Of a stretch of DNA of 64,000 nucleotides, positions 27,129 to 40,066 are shown piece by piece. The stretch is from Eledone cirrhosa. Taxonomy: Eukaryota. Position numbers and translations under genes: made by a program. A model generated the notes under the pieces. It was given only the letters and a program-made list of their open reading frames with translations. It was not told the origin of the DNA and did no database searches. The stretch lies in contig OZ024748.1 in assembly GCA_964016885.1 (NCBI GenBank), forward strand, positions 48,422,001 to 48,486,000. The letters run 5' to 3'. Position 1 is the stretch's first letter; each line of letters begins with the position of its first letter.

Positions 27129-27517
27129 CAGGGTGTGGACGATATTTGTTCGCAATTTTCAACTGCTAATTTTATGCAAATTTTTTTTACTTCCGCTGTC
27201 ACTCTTGTCTTCATAAAAACAGTGACTATATTTCCATTATTTATTTTCAGAATAATTGATTATGAATAATTTTGAACCTCCAAATTTGTGGAAGTGACAC
27301 AGACTTCTTCTTGGAATCCGCGCCGGGAGGATAAATAAGGAAATTTTAGACTTTCTCAGCGTCAGCAGGAGAATGGTGGAAAAGGTCAGAAAGCAATTGG
27401 AAGATTCAGGATTCGACTACGAAGCAACATCAGAGAGAAAAACACATGATCGACAATCTGACGCCTACAGAACGCCCGAGTTCGTCGCTGAAGTTCAGGA
27501 TATCATCAACAATGAAT
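27129..27517 (+). mobile_element. Tc1/mariner (probably DD37D/maT) DNA transposon 5' fragment
   Basis: TA|CAGGGTG TIR; ATG at 27262 gives [21 protein letters not shown]...KEILDFLSVSRRMVEKVRKQLE...RTPEFVAEVQDII (HTH-like N terminus, TGA at 27295); ends at the RTE junction. Confidence 0.75.
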
Positions 27518-29551
27518 CTACGAGAGACTATTAAATGAGGAGAATAAGTGGGAAAAAGATAGTCTGCCCCAAATCGATCCAATAGAAGGACCAGTGGTGC
27601 AAGTTAAAGGTAGTATAATAAGTAAGGCAATCAAAGATATGAAGATAGGCAAGGCAGCTGGGCCTTCGGAGATAGTTGCTGAGATGTTGAAGGCATCTGG
27701 AATGGTGGGACATACTATGGTCACCCGTATAGTTAACCAAGTAATACAGAATGGGGTCATACCAAAAGACTGGCGTAGCAGCATCATCATTAACTGCTAC
27801 AAGGGTAAAGGAGATGCTCTAGATAGAGGAAACTATAGAGGCATTAAGTTAGTTGACCAGGTCATGAAGGTCACAGAAAGAGTTATAGCGCAACTAATCA
27901 GAGAGTGAATTGATCTAGATGAAATGCAGTTTGGGTTTGTGTCAGGTAAAACTACCACAGACGCTCTTTTCCTTATACGACAACTACAAGAGAAGTACCT
28001 AGCTAAAAGTAAACCCCTCTACTTAGCTTTTGTAGACCTGGAAAAAGCCTTTGACAGAGTCCCCCGCTCCATTATCTGGTGGGCTCTTAGAAAACTAGGT
28101 GTAGATGAATGGCTTGTGAGAGCTATACAAGCTATGTATAATGAAACAGTCAGTAAGGTTAGAATTAACAATGAACATTGTGAAGAATTTAGTGTAAAAG
28201 TTGGTGTTCACCAAGGCTCTGTCCTTAGCCCCCTCCTATTTATTTTGCCCTTCAGGCTATAACAGAGGAGTTTAAGACTGGCTGCCCATGGGAACTCCTA
28301 TACACAGATGATCTAACGCTCATAGCTGAATCAATGGCTGAACTAGAAAAGAAATTCCAAACATGGAAGTATGGCCTAGAATCAAAAGGCCTTAAAGTTA
28401 ACTTGTCTAAGACTAAAGTCCTAGTTTGTAGAAAGGAAAATAAGACACAAGTACCCTCAGGGAAATGGCCTTGCTCAGTGTGTAGGAAAGGAGTAGGCAG
28501 AAATTCAATTTTATGTCCCAAATGCAAAGTATGGGTACATAAAGGATGTAGTGGGATCACAGGTAAACTATCTAAGAACGTAGACTTTATATGTGGCTGA
28601 TGCTCAGGTGCAATAGGTAGCAAGTGTCCCCAGGATACTAGCCCATTCTATTGCCCAGATGGTTCTATAGAAATAGTTAACACTTTCCATTACCTGGGTG
28701 ACAAAATCAGCAGTGGTGGAGGGTGTTCTGAAAGTACAGTAGCCAGAGTCAGAACGGGATGGAAAAAGTTCAGAGAGCTTATACCGCTGTTGGCCACAAA
28801 AGGTTTCTCTCTAAAAATGAAAGGCATGCATGCTCCGTTGCATGTGTAATAGTAATAGACGTGAACAGCAAAGCATAAATGAACTAAGTGAGAAATTAGG
28901 AATAAGAGGGATCGGATGCTGTTTACTCGAGAGAAGACTACGTTGGTATGGCCACGTGATGCGCATGAAAGACGACAGCTGTACAAAAAAGTGCAGGGCG
29001 ATCAAAATTGATGGTAGTTACGGAGTAGGTAGACCCAGAAAAACCTAGGACGATCTGATAAATTCCGACCTTACACACTTGCACCTCTCTAAGACAATGT
29101 CACTGGACCAAGATCTTTGGCGCTACGCAGTAATTCAGAAGACCCATTTTGCCTATGTACAAAGCGAAACCTACAGTCAGTAGGCACCTCTTAACCAAAT
29201 ATACACCCCAATCCACTACCTCCCACCAACACCACCCTCTCTCTATAAAGTTGGTACCACAACATCCAGTCCAAATAAATGAGATAATGAGATCGAGATT
29301 GTGTAGGTGTCACGAGAAAAAACACACAGTCCACGCTGTAATGTGGCCGTGTAGGTAACATGGTAAAATGTTCCCAGTCCACACTGTAAATGTGGTTGGT
29401 GTTAGGAAGGGTATCCAGCCGTAGAAGACCTGCCAGACAGTCCTATACGAGCGAGACACGGTCACCCGACCAACCTTGCTTCAAGTGTGACAACTCCCGT
29501 CTAACCCATGCTAGCGTGGAAAATGGACGTTAAACGAAGATGATGATGATG
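27518..29551 (+). mobile_element. RTE family A LINE, 5'-truncated, decayed
   Basis: [65 protein letters not shown]; stops, frameshift and a deletion; 3' UTR and GAT tail. Confidence 0.95.
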
Positions 29552-30096
29552 TTATATATATATATATATGCATATATATATATATATATGCATATATATA
29601 TATATATGCATATATGATGATGACATAATATATGTATATATACACACACATATATGTATGATGAGGCCATAATGTAAATATATATTATTACACACACACA
29701 CACATACAAATACACCAAGACAGGGAGACATTAAGATATTTCTTGTATTGAAGCAGATTATCATTAAACTGTTATAAGGTAAGTTCACTAACCTCTATCT
29801 CAAACAATAAGTGTCTATAAGCATATATGTATGAATATGTGTATATTGGTACAATATATGTATGTATATGAGTGTGCATGTATATGTATGCATGTATACG
29901 GGTGTATGTGTACATGTGACTTACAAGGACATTGCCTTATATGTAGGAACAAAAAGTTTAATACACCTGAAATCTTTTACTGATCACTTTCATTGAAAAC
30001 TGTCTCATTTTTGGACAAATTAAGATGTATTTTGAAGGAAACATGTCCTTAGCTGTATGTATGTATGTATGTATGTATGTATATATATATATATAT

Positions 30097-30703
30097 GTCA
30101 GGTCACCAGTTGGTGCTACTGGTAACATGTATCCCAGTACAACATGTCTCATGGTCGGGTCGTTGGCGACTAAACTGGCAACCCCACCAAGGTTTCTTGG
30201 TGAGGAGGGTGACTTTGGACATCCTGCGGGACTAAAAAAACCTGTCAAAGGTCAAAGGAGCTCTTAAGAGTCAATGGCCATCCAAAATCACCGGGAGAGA
30301 TGACCCCTTAGCCTTTGTCAAGGCAGAATTCTAGGAGAAGGAAAACTCTGATATAACACCTGCAACCCTGATGGTATCCAATGATGTTGACTTGTTCTTC
30401 TTTTTGGTAAATATCATCTTGGTTAAGAGAGTGGGACTGGCTTTGTGCAGTGCCTTTGCTCACTATAAAAGCTTCACGGTACAGGCATTGCTTTATATCT
30501 GGAGATCTCTCTGCACTTGTCATCACATGGTACCATGGGCCCAGCACTATGTGTCAATAATTGTCACAAGTGTAGTGTTTGTACCAGAGTTTTCAAGTCG
30601 CTGGCTGGACTAAAAAGTCACACTCGTTCAGCGCATCAGTAGGGGTTCTCCTACATGGATATAAAGTAGTGGCCGTACTCGAAAACGAGTTGGCAGCCAC
30701 CAT
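30097..30703 (+). mobile_element. Bipartite non-autonomous RTE-derived element (longer copy)
   Basis: RTE 5'-UTR-like CTAGGAGAAGGAAAACTCTGA motif; 3' part encodes C2H2 finger HKCSVCTRVFKSLAGLKSHTRSAH* (30565-30642); no RT; (TA)n on both sides. Confidence 0.7.
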
Positions 30704-30789
30704 ATATATATATATCATCATCATCATCATCATTTTACGTCCGCTTTTATATATATATATCAAATGTAAGTATACAATCCAATCAAGGA

Positions 30790-32203
30790 GAGATGTCTAG
30801 AGTTTCCCAAAGAACGTCTTCGCTTTTATCTGCCAGTAACCCTCTATAGAATGCAAAAATGGAGTTTCCATTGATTATATTGCCCGATTGTTGAAGGGCT
30901 GTAAGCGCCTGGAGACATTCCAGTTTCCAAGCGGTCACCCTTGATCTTTGCTTGACCCAGGACTGTAGCTCCGTTAAGGATACAAGCTGGGGGAACATGC
31001 ATCTGGTGAACGGCGACCACACCTGTTCACCATTAAGGAAGAGATAGAGACGTCGTAACCTCAGCACATGTCTGCACATCATCAACCACAGCATGCCCAA
31101 TCCTCCACACAGCGAGTGTGACAACAGATGGACTGCCTGACCACCGGAGTGCATCCCTTCCACAAAAAGCAAAAGATCAAACGTTCTAGTGCAGTCAGAC
31201 GAGGCTTAGGACAAGGCACGACAGTCAGGTGGTAGTAGATGACAGATGCAATGTACCTGTTCACCACCTCCACCTGACCTTTCAGGGATAGCTTTCTCTT
31301 AGCCCACTTCTGGGTAAGAGAGTTTTTGTCCGTCTAGAGGTCTGGACCAAACCAGGCCCCTAGTAATTTAAGTGGTCTGTCCCTCCAGCACCCAGAGACG
31401 CTGTTGGATGGCATGGACCTGCCTCTCCAGGTATGAGCCGCAGGCCCACCAACTTTTCCTAGTTAATCATTGCTCCTGTCACTGCCTCATATTCTCTTGG
31501 AGTAGTGCCGATTGCCTCGATGTGTTTGGCGCTCGACACCATGTCATCGGCATAAGCTGACATGGTTCTCCCACATCCCAATTCATCTAGGATGCCTCTC
31601 AACGTCTCCAGTTTGTGCAGTAATGGCTCTAGAGTCAATACATAAAACAGGGATGAGAGGGAGCAACCTTGGCGGACCAAGCGCATGATGTTGAACTGTA
31701 CCGAAAGGTCACCGTTCACTCTCACTGCAGAGCAGATGTCGTTGTGCATGGCAATGACCCACCCTCTGAAAATAGGCCCAAAGCTGGCTGCCCTGAGGAC
31801 AGCCACAAGGTATTGATGGTCAACCCTATCGAATACTTTCGATCTAAATTGATCAGGGCCCCACCCATGTCAAGTTCCTTAGCCACCCTCTCTACAATGT
31901 ATCACATGAGGTGGAGGTTGCCATGGATTGATCTCTTGGGAATGGTGCATGTCTGTGTCTCTCCCACATGAACTCTGCGTTCAGCAGAGTTATGGGCCTG
32001 AAATATCTGTTATCCCTCTTGTTCGAATCCTTTCTCAGCAGCGCCACCACTCCTCGGCTCACAGGACTGGGAATTCTCCCGTTCGGCTGCCAGTTGCAGT
32101 AAACGTCTGCCAAGATGTCATCGAACAATTCTGGGGTGTGTACGTAAAGCTCATAGGGCAGACCATTTAAACCAGGCGACTTACCCCTCATGCAGCCAAT
32201 CAT
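30790..32203 (-). mobile_element. Tx1/L1-group LINE RT relic
   Basis: GKSPGLNGLPYELY, FRPITLLNAE, FDRVDHQYL, VRQGCSLSSLFYVLTLEPLL, SAYADD; multiple disablements. Confidence 0.85.
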
Positions 32204-32477
32204 ATAATAAACTAAATAAAGGAAAGAATAAATATAATGTTTGCTTTATTAACTACATCAAGAAAACATTAGAAGATCAGATGAGAAAACAGTGTGTGTA
32301 TGTGTGTGTGTGTATGTGTATGTGTGTGTGTGTGTGTGTGTAGCAATGATGAATGGCTGATAAAGACCATAATAAAAAGTAAAAAACAACAACTCATTAG
32401 TGGTATTTTATAAATATAATTATGTTGTCAATAATATTAAAAGTTCATACACAACACTGGAACACCTCTTTCTCTGT

Positions 32478-32531
32478 GATGACACCACATGATGACACCA
32501 CATGATGACATCACATGGTGACACCACATGT
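32478..32531. repeat. 13 bp tandem repeat x4
   Basis: GATGACACCACAT. Confidence 0.85.
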
Positions 32532-33269
32532 TTAACTGTCGATTCACTCAATATTACTACATTTCTTTATTACAACTAATTGTTTGTTTTCTTTGTTGTT
32601 GTTGTTGTTTGGGTTTCATTTGCATTGCGTAAAAAGGAGAGGGGCGGGGTGCAAGAGAGAGAGATGGAGAGTGAAAGATAGAGGGTAAAGGTGAGTGGCG
32701 AGAAAGGAAGAAGAGGGGAAAAGGTAAAAGAGAGACTGAGAGAGGGGGTAGACTGTGAGAGAGGGGGGTAAAGGTGAGTGGGGAGAAAAGAAGAGGAGAG
32801 AGAGAGCAAGAGAAAGACCTTTGAGAGACTGAGAGAGAGAGAACAATATAAAGAAAGAGCAACAATATAATGAAAGGAAGACTGTGAAGAAATATGATTA
32901 TCAATGAAAAGGTTGTTTATTAGGAGTGGCCATGTTGTCTTTTCATCCTGATGAAATAATATTGTAAAATTGTATTAAACTGCTTCAAAGTTGGATTGTT
33001 GCATTCAAGTCTATGGCATTTTATATCTCAACTACATTACTTCATTAGACTCTTTCTTCTCTCTCATTCTGGCTGTCTCTCTCTCTCTATATATATATTA
33101 TATATATATATATCTACCTCTCTCTCATATTTCAAATCCTGTAGAGTTATTTCTAAGATCTATATTAAGTCTATATTTGTTGTTGCTGTGTATGTTTGTT
33201 TACTTCCTTCACGCCTAAATAACTCATTGTTTACCAACAGTTCTTTACTACAGTTTCACGACTAACAAT

Positions 33270-33705
33270 CTCAAGACTGATAAATTTATTTTCCTCAAAG
33301 GTTTTCTCAACAAGAATTGAATTTCCTCACTCTTCAAAATTCTAGTCCTATCTTAGTTGGCCACCTTTGGCATTGGCAGATTGAAATCTACATTTTCCTT
33401 TGATGGAGTTGACCACGTACCATAAATACCATCCAACCTTCTAAAAGTAGATTCAGTCCAGATACAGAATTGATCAACATGGCGACCAGGAGCAATGTTC
33501 CTCAGATTCAGATCTTTTACATCCAATGTTGTGATACAAGGAATGTTCTGGAAAGCCCTCACAACTCCATTGCCCTTTTCATAGATAAGAACAGGTCCTT
33601 TATGTATAATCCTTGCTGATTCCTTATTTTACTCTTGCCAGCTCGGAAACGCTTGGATTTATAGACCTTTTCACTCTAAGCCTTCAAAAGTCTTAACAAA
33701 GTGAC
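33270..33705 (-). pseudogene. RPL4: 60S ribosomal protein L4 (uL4) processed pseudogene fragment
   Basis: VTLLRLLKA*SEKVYKSKRFRAGKSKIRN, frameshift, KGPVLIYEKGNGVVRAFQNIPCIT...IAPGRHVDQFCIWTESTFRRLDGIYGTW...NLPMPKVAN*DRTRILKSEEIQ; collinear with central RPL4, no intron. Confidence 0.92.
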
Positions 33706-33783
33706 AATATATACATAATATACATATATATATTCCAGACCCATGCTAGCGTGGAAGATGGACGTTAAATGATGATGATGATG

Positions 33784-33830
<47 letters not shown>

Positions 33831-33832
<2 letters not shown>

Positions 33833-34317
33833 CATGGATATCCCCCGACCCTGATCCAAGCTGCCCTCACCCATGCATGTGAAACCAACCGCATCACAGT
33901 CTTCCCACCCCACCACCCTCCTTCCTTTCCTTCTCACCTACCACCCCATCAGCCTACCTCTCCAGTAACATATTCTTCTTAGCTTCCACACCCTCTCTTG
34001 TGACCCCGTCACTTCTCGCTTTTTTCCAAACCTACCTATTACCGCATTTAAGCGTGCCTGTAATCTGTGCAACACCCTGGTAGGTAGTTTCTTCCCTTCC
34101 TCTCCTAGGACTCCTCCAGGCTCTCGTCCTTGCTCTCATCCCCGCTGTAACACCTGTCCTTTCATTTCTAACCTCACCACTCTTACAAGCACCAATGGTT
34201 CATTCTGTATCCGCAACTCCTTCATCTGTACCTCCACCCTCATGGTCAATGCCCTCCGGTGTTCCCTTTGCGGGTCCTTATACATCGGACAAACAGGACA
34301 CCGTTTAGTGGACTGAT
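33831..34317 (+). mobile_element. Penelope-like element relic (Neptune-like linker plus start of GIY-YIG)
   Basis: HGYPPTLIQAAL, LTYHP, PITAFKR, PCSHPRCNTCPFI, CTST..ALRCSLCGSLYIGQTGHRL. Confidence 0.85.
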
Positions 34318-34329
34318 CAGCACCACTCT

Positions 34330-34990
34330 CAGGGAGTACGAAGCAGTAACAGGGTTGGTTGCTATGCGCTGCTCAAATTCAAGCACTGCCTTTTTTGTCA
34401 CCTGCTTGAGATGGTTGGATGATTAATTTCGCTTTTTCCTATTGATATCTGATTTATGCACTTTGTACTCATGTTCAGCATTACAACGTTCTTTCCTGGC
34501 AAGACGGACTGCTGCAGTCTTCCAAATTGCACTTTTGGGATGTTTTTTTATGCTTATGTGCACCGATGCTGCACATGCTGTCCATATTGAGTTCAGGATA
34601 TTCTGGAGTACTGTGTTGACATCTCCAGAGTCGTAAAACTCAAGCCAGTTTGGACGTTGCAGCTCAGTGCAGTAACAGTTCTAGTCTGCTTTATTCCTGT
34701 CAAAGTGAGCAGTTTGGAGATGGTTGTGGTTTTTGTTACTGCCCATGAGGGACAGATTGGCAATGATCATAGCATGATCAGAGTCACCTAAAGGTTCCTC
34801 GGTAGTAACACTAATAACTGTTTCAGGAGTAGTGGTGAAGAGTAGATCCAAAGTGTTTTCACCTCTTGTTGGGGAGGGGACTACTTGGGACCAGTTCGAG
34901 TCCAGCACTAGCTCAAGGAAATCATTTGCACTTTGCGGCCAATGAAAGGTTTCCCAGTCAATCTCAGGGTGATTGAAGTCCCCTAAGACT
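34330..34990 (-). mobile_element. CR1/Jockey-group LINE APE endonuclease relic
   Basis: VLGDFNHPEIDW, QVVPSPTRGENTLDLLFT, PLGDSDHAMI. Confidence 0.85.
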
Positions 34991-35164
34991 CTGTTCTAAG
35001 ACGACATCTCCAAATAAAATTTTCTTTGGACCATAACAATCTGTCTAATACCTGGTAATATGGAAAGCAGGCATCAAATGATGATGATGATACATATATA
35101 CATATATATATATATAGATATATATATATATATATGCACATGCAAACACACAGATACAGAGGTG

Positions 35165-35447
35165 CGTGTGTTGCAAGTCCATTGGTTCTGATGACAAGTG
35201 TTCCAATTGTTTGATCAACAAGGCAACCTACTCATGAAGTTAATATGCAAGTGGCTGAGCCTTCCACAAACATTCATGCCCTTAACATAGATCTCAGGGA
35301 GAGTCAGTGTAACGTAATATGTGACAAAGCTGATCCTTTGAATTAGAAGTACAACTTGTTTTTTCCACAATGTTTCACACTGGAATCCAACTCATGCCCT
35401 TATGATTGTCAGCCAAGTATACTAACCACTAAGCCACGGACTTTCAC
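35165..35447 (-). mobile_element. Old tRNA-headed SINE, degenerate
   Basis: Minus strand GTGGCTTAGTGGTTAG head; CTCAGCCACTTGCATATTAA body similar to about 39485-39570. Confidence 0.5.
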
Positions 35448-35702
35448 AACACACACATATATTTATATATCTGTGAGTGTATGTGCACATGCACACACTT
35501 ATAAATATACATATATTTCTTTGCTTTTGTTTCCTTAAAGCCACTTGGAAAGTGTTTATCATCATTCTTTTGGTATACAACTATTATGCAATATACACCT
35601 GATGATGTCACCAGCTTGGCCACTGAAATGTGCATAGTTTTTGCAGAAATAAATAATTCAATCTGTCCGGCCTACTATCATTTTACTTTATAATATATAT
35701 AT

Positions 35703-36031
35703 ATGGCTTAGTGGTTAGAGCATTGGCCGAGCAATCGAAAGGTTGTGAGTTCAATTCTCAGACCGGGTGATGTGTTGTTTCCTTGAGCAAGACACTTTAT
35801 TTCACATTGCTCCAGTTTACTCAGCTGTAGAAATGAGATGATAGGGACTGGGGTTCCTATCATTCCACTGCGAAGTGGACGTGTAGGCACCACGGAAAAA
35901 AGCACCCAGCACTCACTGTAAATGAGGTTGGTGTTAGGAAGGGCATCCAGCTGTAGAAATCAAGCCAGCATCAGTTCCCGTCCCACCCTTGCAAGCAGGG
36001 AAAAGCGGACGTAAAATGATGATGATGATGA

Positions 36032-36035
<4 letters not shown>
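35703..36035 (+). mobile_element. SINE family 1, near full length
   Basis: As 15173-15514; flanked by (TA)n. Confidence 0.92.
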
Positions 36036-36067
<32 letters not shown>

Positions 36068-36649
36068 TATAATTGTCAGAATAAGTAATAAAACACTGTT
36101 TATCACATGAATCAAAAATATAATAAAATGTTTTATAATTTGAATCTAACACTTACATATACTACAGCAGCAGATGAATATTATAACTGACCATATTCCT
36201 TCACCTCTCTCTTCCTTTCACACCTAGTCACCATCTCTCTCTCTTTCACTCTTATCCTTTCTCATATTATTACTCCCTCCTCTATCTATCTATCTCTCTC
36301 TCTCTCTGTCACCCATCCTCTCACTTTTAATCACATTATTATGCCATCTCTCCCCCTCTCTCTTCCATTCACTCAAAAGATTTACAATACACACTAGATA
36401 AATATGCTTTAAATACTTCTGAAAGGGAGACAAGAAGGGGAATGGGGAGAAGGAGAGGATATTTCTGTTCAGGATTTTATAGTAAATATTGATTTTTTCC
36501 CCTTTTGATTTAAGCCCAAGGCCAAATTTTCTCAGTTTTTCTTTTCTTTCTTTATTTTTTATTGTGCTCTAAAGGAGTGGTAGGTAATACAGTAATACAT
36601 TGCTTCAATTAATTCCTGTACATATTATTATTATTATTATTATTATAAA

Positions 36650-38230
36650 AACAGTGGATTGGCTATATCAAAAGAATGTTGGACACCATGCTTTGCAGCA
36701 GAGTTATGGCCCTTTACTTTTTTTAATTTCAAATCCTGCCAAGGTTAGTCTTGATTTTCATCCGTACGGGATCAATAAAATAAAGTACCAGTAATGCATT
36801 GAGGTCAATTTAATCGGCTTTCCCCTCCCCCAAAATTGCTGGCCTTGTGTCTATATATGAAACCATTATTATTGTGAAGGCACATGACTTAGTGGTTTGA
36901 GCAAGGATTCACGCTTGTGAGGTTGTGAGTTCATTTCCCAGATGTGTTATATTCTTGAGCAAGATACTTTATTTTACGTTGCTTCAATTTACACAGTTGT
37001 AGAAATGAGTTGCAACATCACTGGTGCCAAGCTGTATTGGTCATTGCCTTTCCCTTCAATGACATCAGATGTGGCCAAAATTCGAGTACGGCTATAGATT
37101 TATGGTACCCATTTACGTGTGTTGTATTGAGGCAAATAACTTTGTGTCTACTCTGGGATTTTTACATAACCTTACATATTGAGTCCGCTGAGATGCAACC
37201 AGTACTAGCAGTGAAACCATATGCTAGTCCGTCAACTTATTATATATACACACACACACAGATAAATATATAGAGATAGAGTGGGACCGAAGTAGAGAGA
37301 GAGAGAGAGAGACATTAGATTTGGCAGAATGCTAATTTCTGGCATGAATGAAAGCATTTTAAAACATTTTTGATAGATTTTGCGTATTTTTCTGACAGGT
37401 GAAGAAAAACTTATAGAGTTATTATAATGCAAATTATCATTATTGTAATTATTAAATGGGTGATGGATTGATTAAAGTGTTGGACATAACCCTTTGTGGT
37501 ATTTCTTTACAGCCCTTAACATTCTGAGTTCGAATCCCAGTGAGGATCAACTTTGATTGTCATCCTTTTGGGAGTTGATAAAATAAAAAACTAGTCAAAT
37601 ATTGAGGTTGATTTAAACTAACAAACTTCCTAAAGATGTCTAACCTTGTGTTCAGAATCATGAGGATTCTGGTTTAGGAAAATCATTAGAGAAGTGGACA
37701 AAATTCCTTGAGGAATTTACTTGCACCTCTTTTCATTCTGAGTTCAAATCCTACCGAGGTCAATTTTGACTTTCATCTTTCCAAGATCAATAAATAAAGT
37801 CAAGAACTGGGTTCAATTTAATTGAATCCTGCTCAGCCCCCAAATTGCTGGCCTTGTGACTAAATTAGAAACCATTCTTATTATAATTACCATTATCATT
37901 AATACTGGATTTGAGTTTAGAACATACAGTCTTTTATATTCTGAGTTCAAAATCGTTGAGGTTAACTTTGCCTATTATTCCCATAGAGTCGATAAAATAA
38001 AGTACCAGTAACACAGTGGGGTCAAATTGCTAGCCTTGTCCCTAAAGTAAAAGCAGTTACTGATACTGGATAGGCAGTCAGTTGGCAGTATTGATAGAAC
38101 AGTAGAGAAAATGCTTTGCAGTGTTTAGTTACAACTTTTTACATTCTGAGTTCAAATTCCATTGAGGTCAACTTTGCATTTCATTCTTTCAAGGTTAATA
38201 AAATAAAGTAGCAGTCATGTACTGCGGTTG
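36650..38230 (+). mobile_element. Cluster of degenerate SINE family 2 copies plus one CORE-like SINE (36875-37230)
   Basis: At least five TTCTGAGTTCAAAT...GAGGTCAACTTTG...ATAAAATAAAGTA-type blocks, all in the same orientation. Confidence 0.7.
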
Positions 38231-38379
38231 ATATAATTGTAGTAAAATCTTGTATAAAATATCCAAAGGTTCAGAGCTCATACTCAGTCCATAGGATGAG
38301 TTATGTATAATCAGTTCACAACATGCAGATAATTAAGTTTTGTTAAGTTTACAATATGGCAAACTAAATGAGTTGGTGT

Positions 38380-38690
38380 TAATAATAATAATCAAATTAT
38401 TGTGTAGTGCTCAGGTGCATTACAACTCATCAAAGGTGCATGTATAGAACATAGACTAATGTAAAAATGTCAGGAAAGTGAACAGTGTATGAGTCATGAT
38501 ATACATGTGTGGGTGTGTATGGAGGGGGGATATCACGTGTTGTGTTGATGAATTTCAGGAAGCATAGAGGTTTAAAGGATGCAGTGTCTCAGCAGCTAAC
38601 AACTGATGTAGGTAGTTTGTTCCATGCTTCAGCAACTATGAGTGTGAAAACATGTTTCAGAGAGTCATGGGAGCTGTGCTGTGTGAATAA
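38380..38690 (-). mobile_element. CR1-group LINE 3' end
   Basis: QHSSHDSLKHVFTLIVAEAWNKLPTSVVSC; homologous to 22065-22447. Confidence 0.7.
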
Positions 38691-39099
38691 CCAGCATGCT
38701 TCTCATTTACTGGACATACACAACATATGGTACATTATAAATGTTGTATATAAAATAGGGGAACAACCTATCTTCTGGTGTGACTTATACATAAGTATAA
38801 ATGGTATATGAAATATGGACTTGGGCATATTTGAATGGTTAGGAAATGATAAGTTCCCAGGCTCAATCATATTACAGCAGAATTGGTAGAGCATCAGATA
38901 AAATTCCATTGTGGCAGTTGTTCTGGCTTTCAACATTTTATGATTAAATCCTGCCACGGTCAACTTAGCCTTCCTTCCTTTAGGGGTCGATAAAATAATG
39001 TACCAGTCAAATACTGGGATTGAATTCAATCAAATTTGTCGGCCTTGTGCCTAAATTAAAAATCAATCTTATTACAGGACAACTTGTGGAGGTATCACC

Positions 39100-39415
39100 T
39101 ATAATAAGGCAGAGATCAACTGAAGACTTGAGGTTCACAGAAACTACATGAAAACCAATTGTATATGATTTATCGAATCGACCAACACAATCTGGCCTCA
39201 CTTGCTTACTAAGTGGGGTGGAACTCGTCAAATTAAACCAAGGAGACAATGTTTCCATTTGTCTTTCCATTGCTGATACCATCAACTGGGCGCAACTCCT
39301 GACAGAAGGAGCAATGTGAAATAAAGTGTCTTGCTCAAGGACAAAACACATTACCCAGTCGGGTAACCTCACAATTGTAAATCCAATTCACTAACAATTA
39401 AGCCAGGTGCCTTCA
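39100..39415 (-). mobile_element. SINE family 3
   Basis: Homologous to 5745-5965 (AACAATGTTTCC...GAAGGAGCAA.GTGAAATAAAGTGTCTTGCTCAAGGAC). Confidence 0.7.
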
Positions 39416-39642
39416 CAATTGTATTAACTCTTGTATTTCTAAATGCCAACCTTGCCATATACTGTGTCATACTGATAATACTGCCTGAGGATTATGCAAA
39501 GCATATGAGTGTTTGTGGAATACTCAGCCATTTATGCTATAACTGAATGAGTAGATAGTTCCCACTGATCAATATACAGGAGCCGATCATCAAATTGGAC
39601 CAGGAAACAATGTTTCCATTTGTCTTTCCATTATTGATACTA

Positions 39643-39835
39643 AGGGCGGTGGATTGGCAGTATCGGTAGAGAGTCAGACACCATGCTTTGAAGCATAGAG
39701 TTACGTCCCTTTATGATCTGAGTTCAAATCTCACCGAGGTTAACTTTGCCTTTCATCCTTACGAGGTCGATAAAATAAAAGTACCAGTAATGTACTGGGT
39801 AATTGCTGGCCTTGTGCCAAAAATAGAAACAATTA
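39643..39835 (+). mobile_element. SINE family 2, full length, 13 bp TSD, nested in a family 3 SINE
   Basis: ATTATTGATACTA on both flanks; host SINE pieces at about 39585-39640 and 39840-39980. Confidence 0.85.
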
Positions 39836-40066
39836 TTGATACTATCTACATGAAATAAAGTATCTCCATGAAATAAAGTATTTTACTGAAGAACACAATA
39901 CACTGGCTGGTCTAGGAATTGATTACACAACCTTATAATCATGAGTTCAACACTTTAACCACAAGGTCATGTGCTTTCTCAAACAATATTTATAGAAAAA
40001 GCAATATTTATAGAAAAACTGACAAAAAAAAAAGATTAGTTGAAATAGCAACAATTTTAGTTAATA

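Noticed and set aside
30097-30185. HDV-like ribozyme at the 5' end of the RTE-derived element
   Set aside because: A P4-like hairpin and CTAA-ACTGG pairing with CCAGT are visible, but no convincing P1 or P3 could be built by eye.
32940-33000. Hammerhead-like CTGATGA...AAAC...GTTGGAT
   Set aside because: The G of GAAA is missing and stem I is out of register; too degenerate to call.
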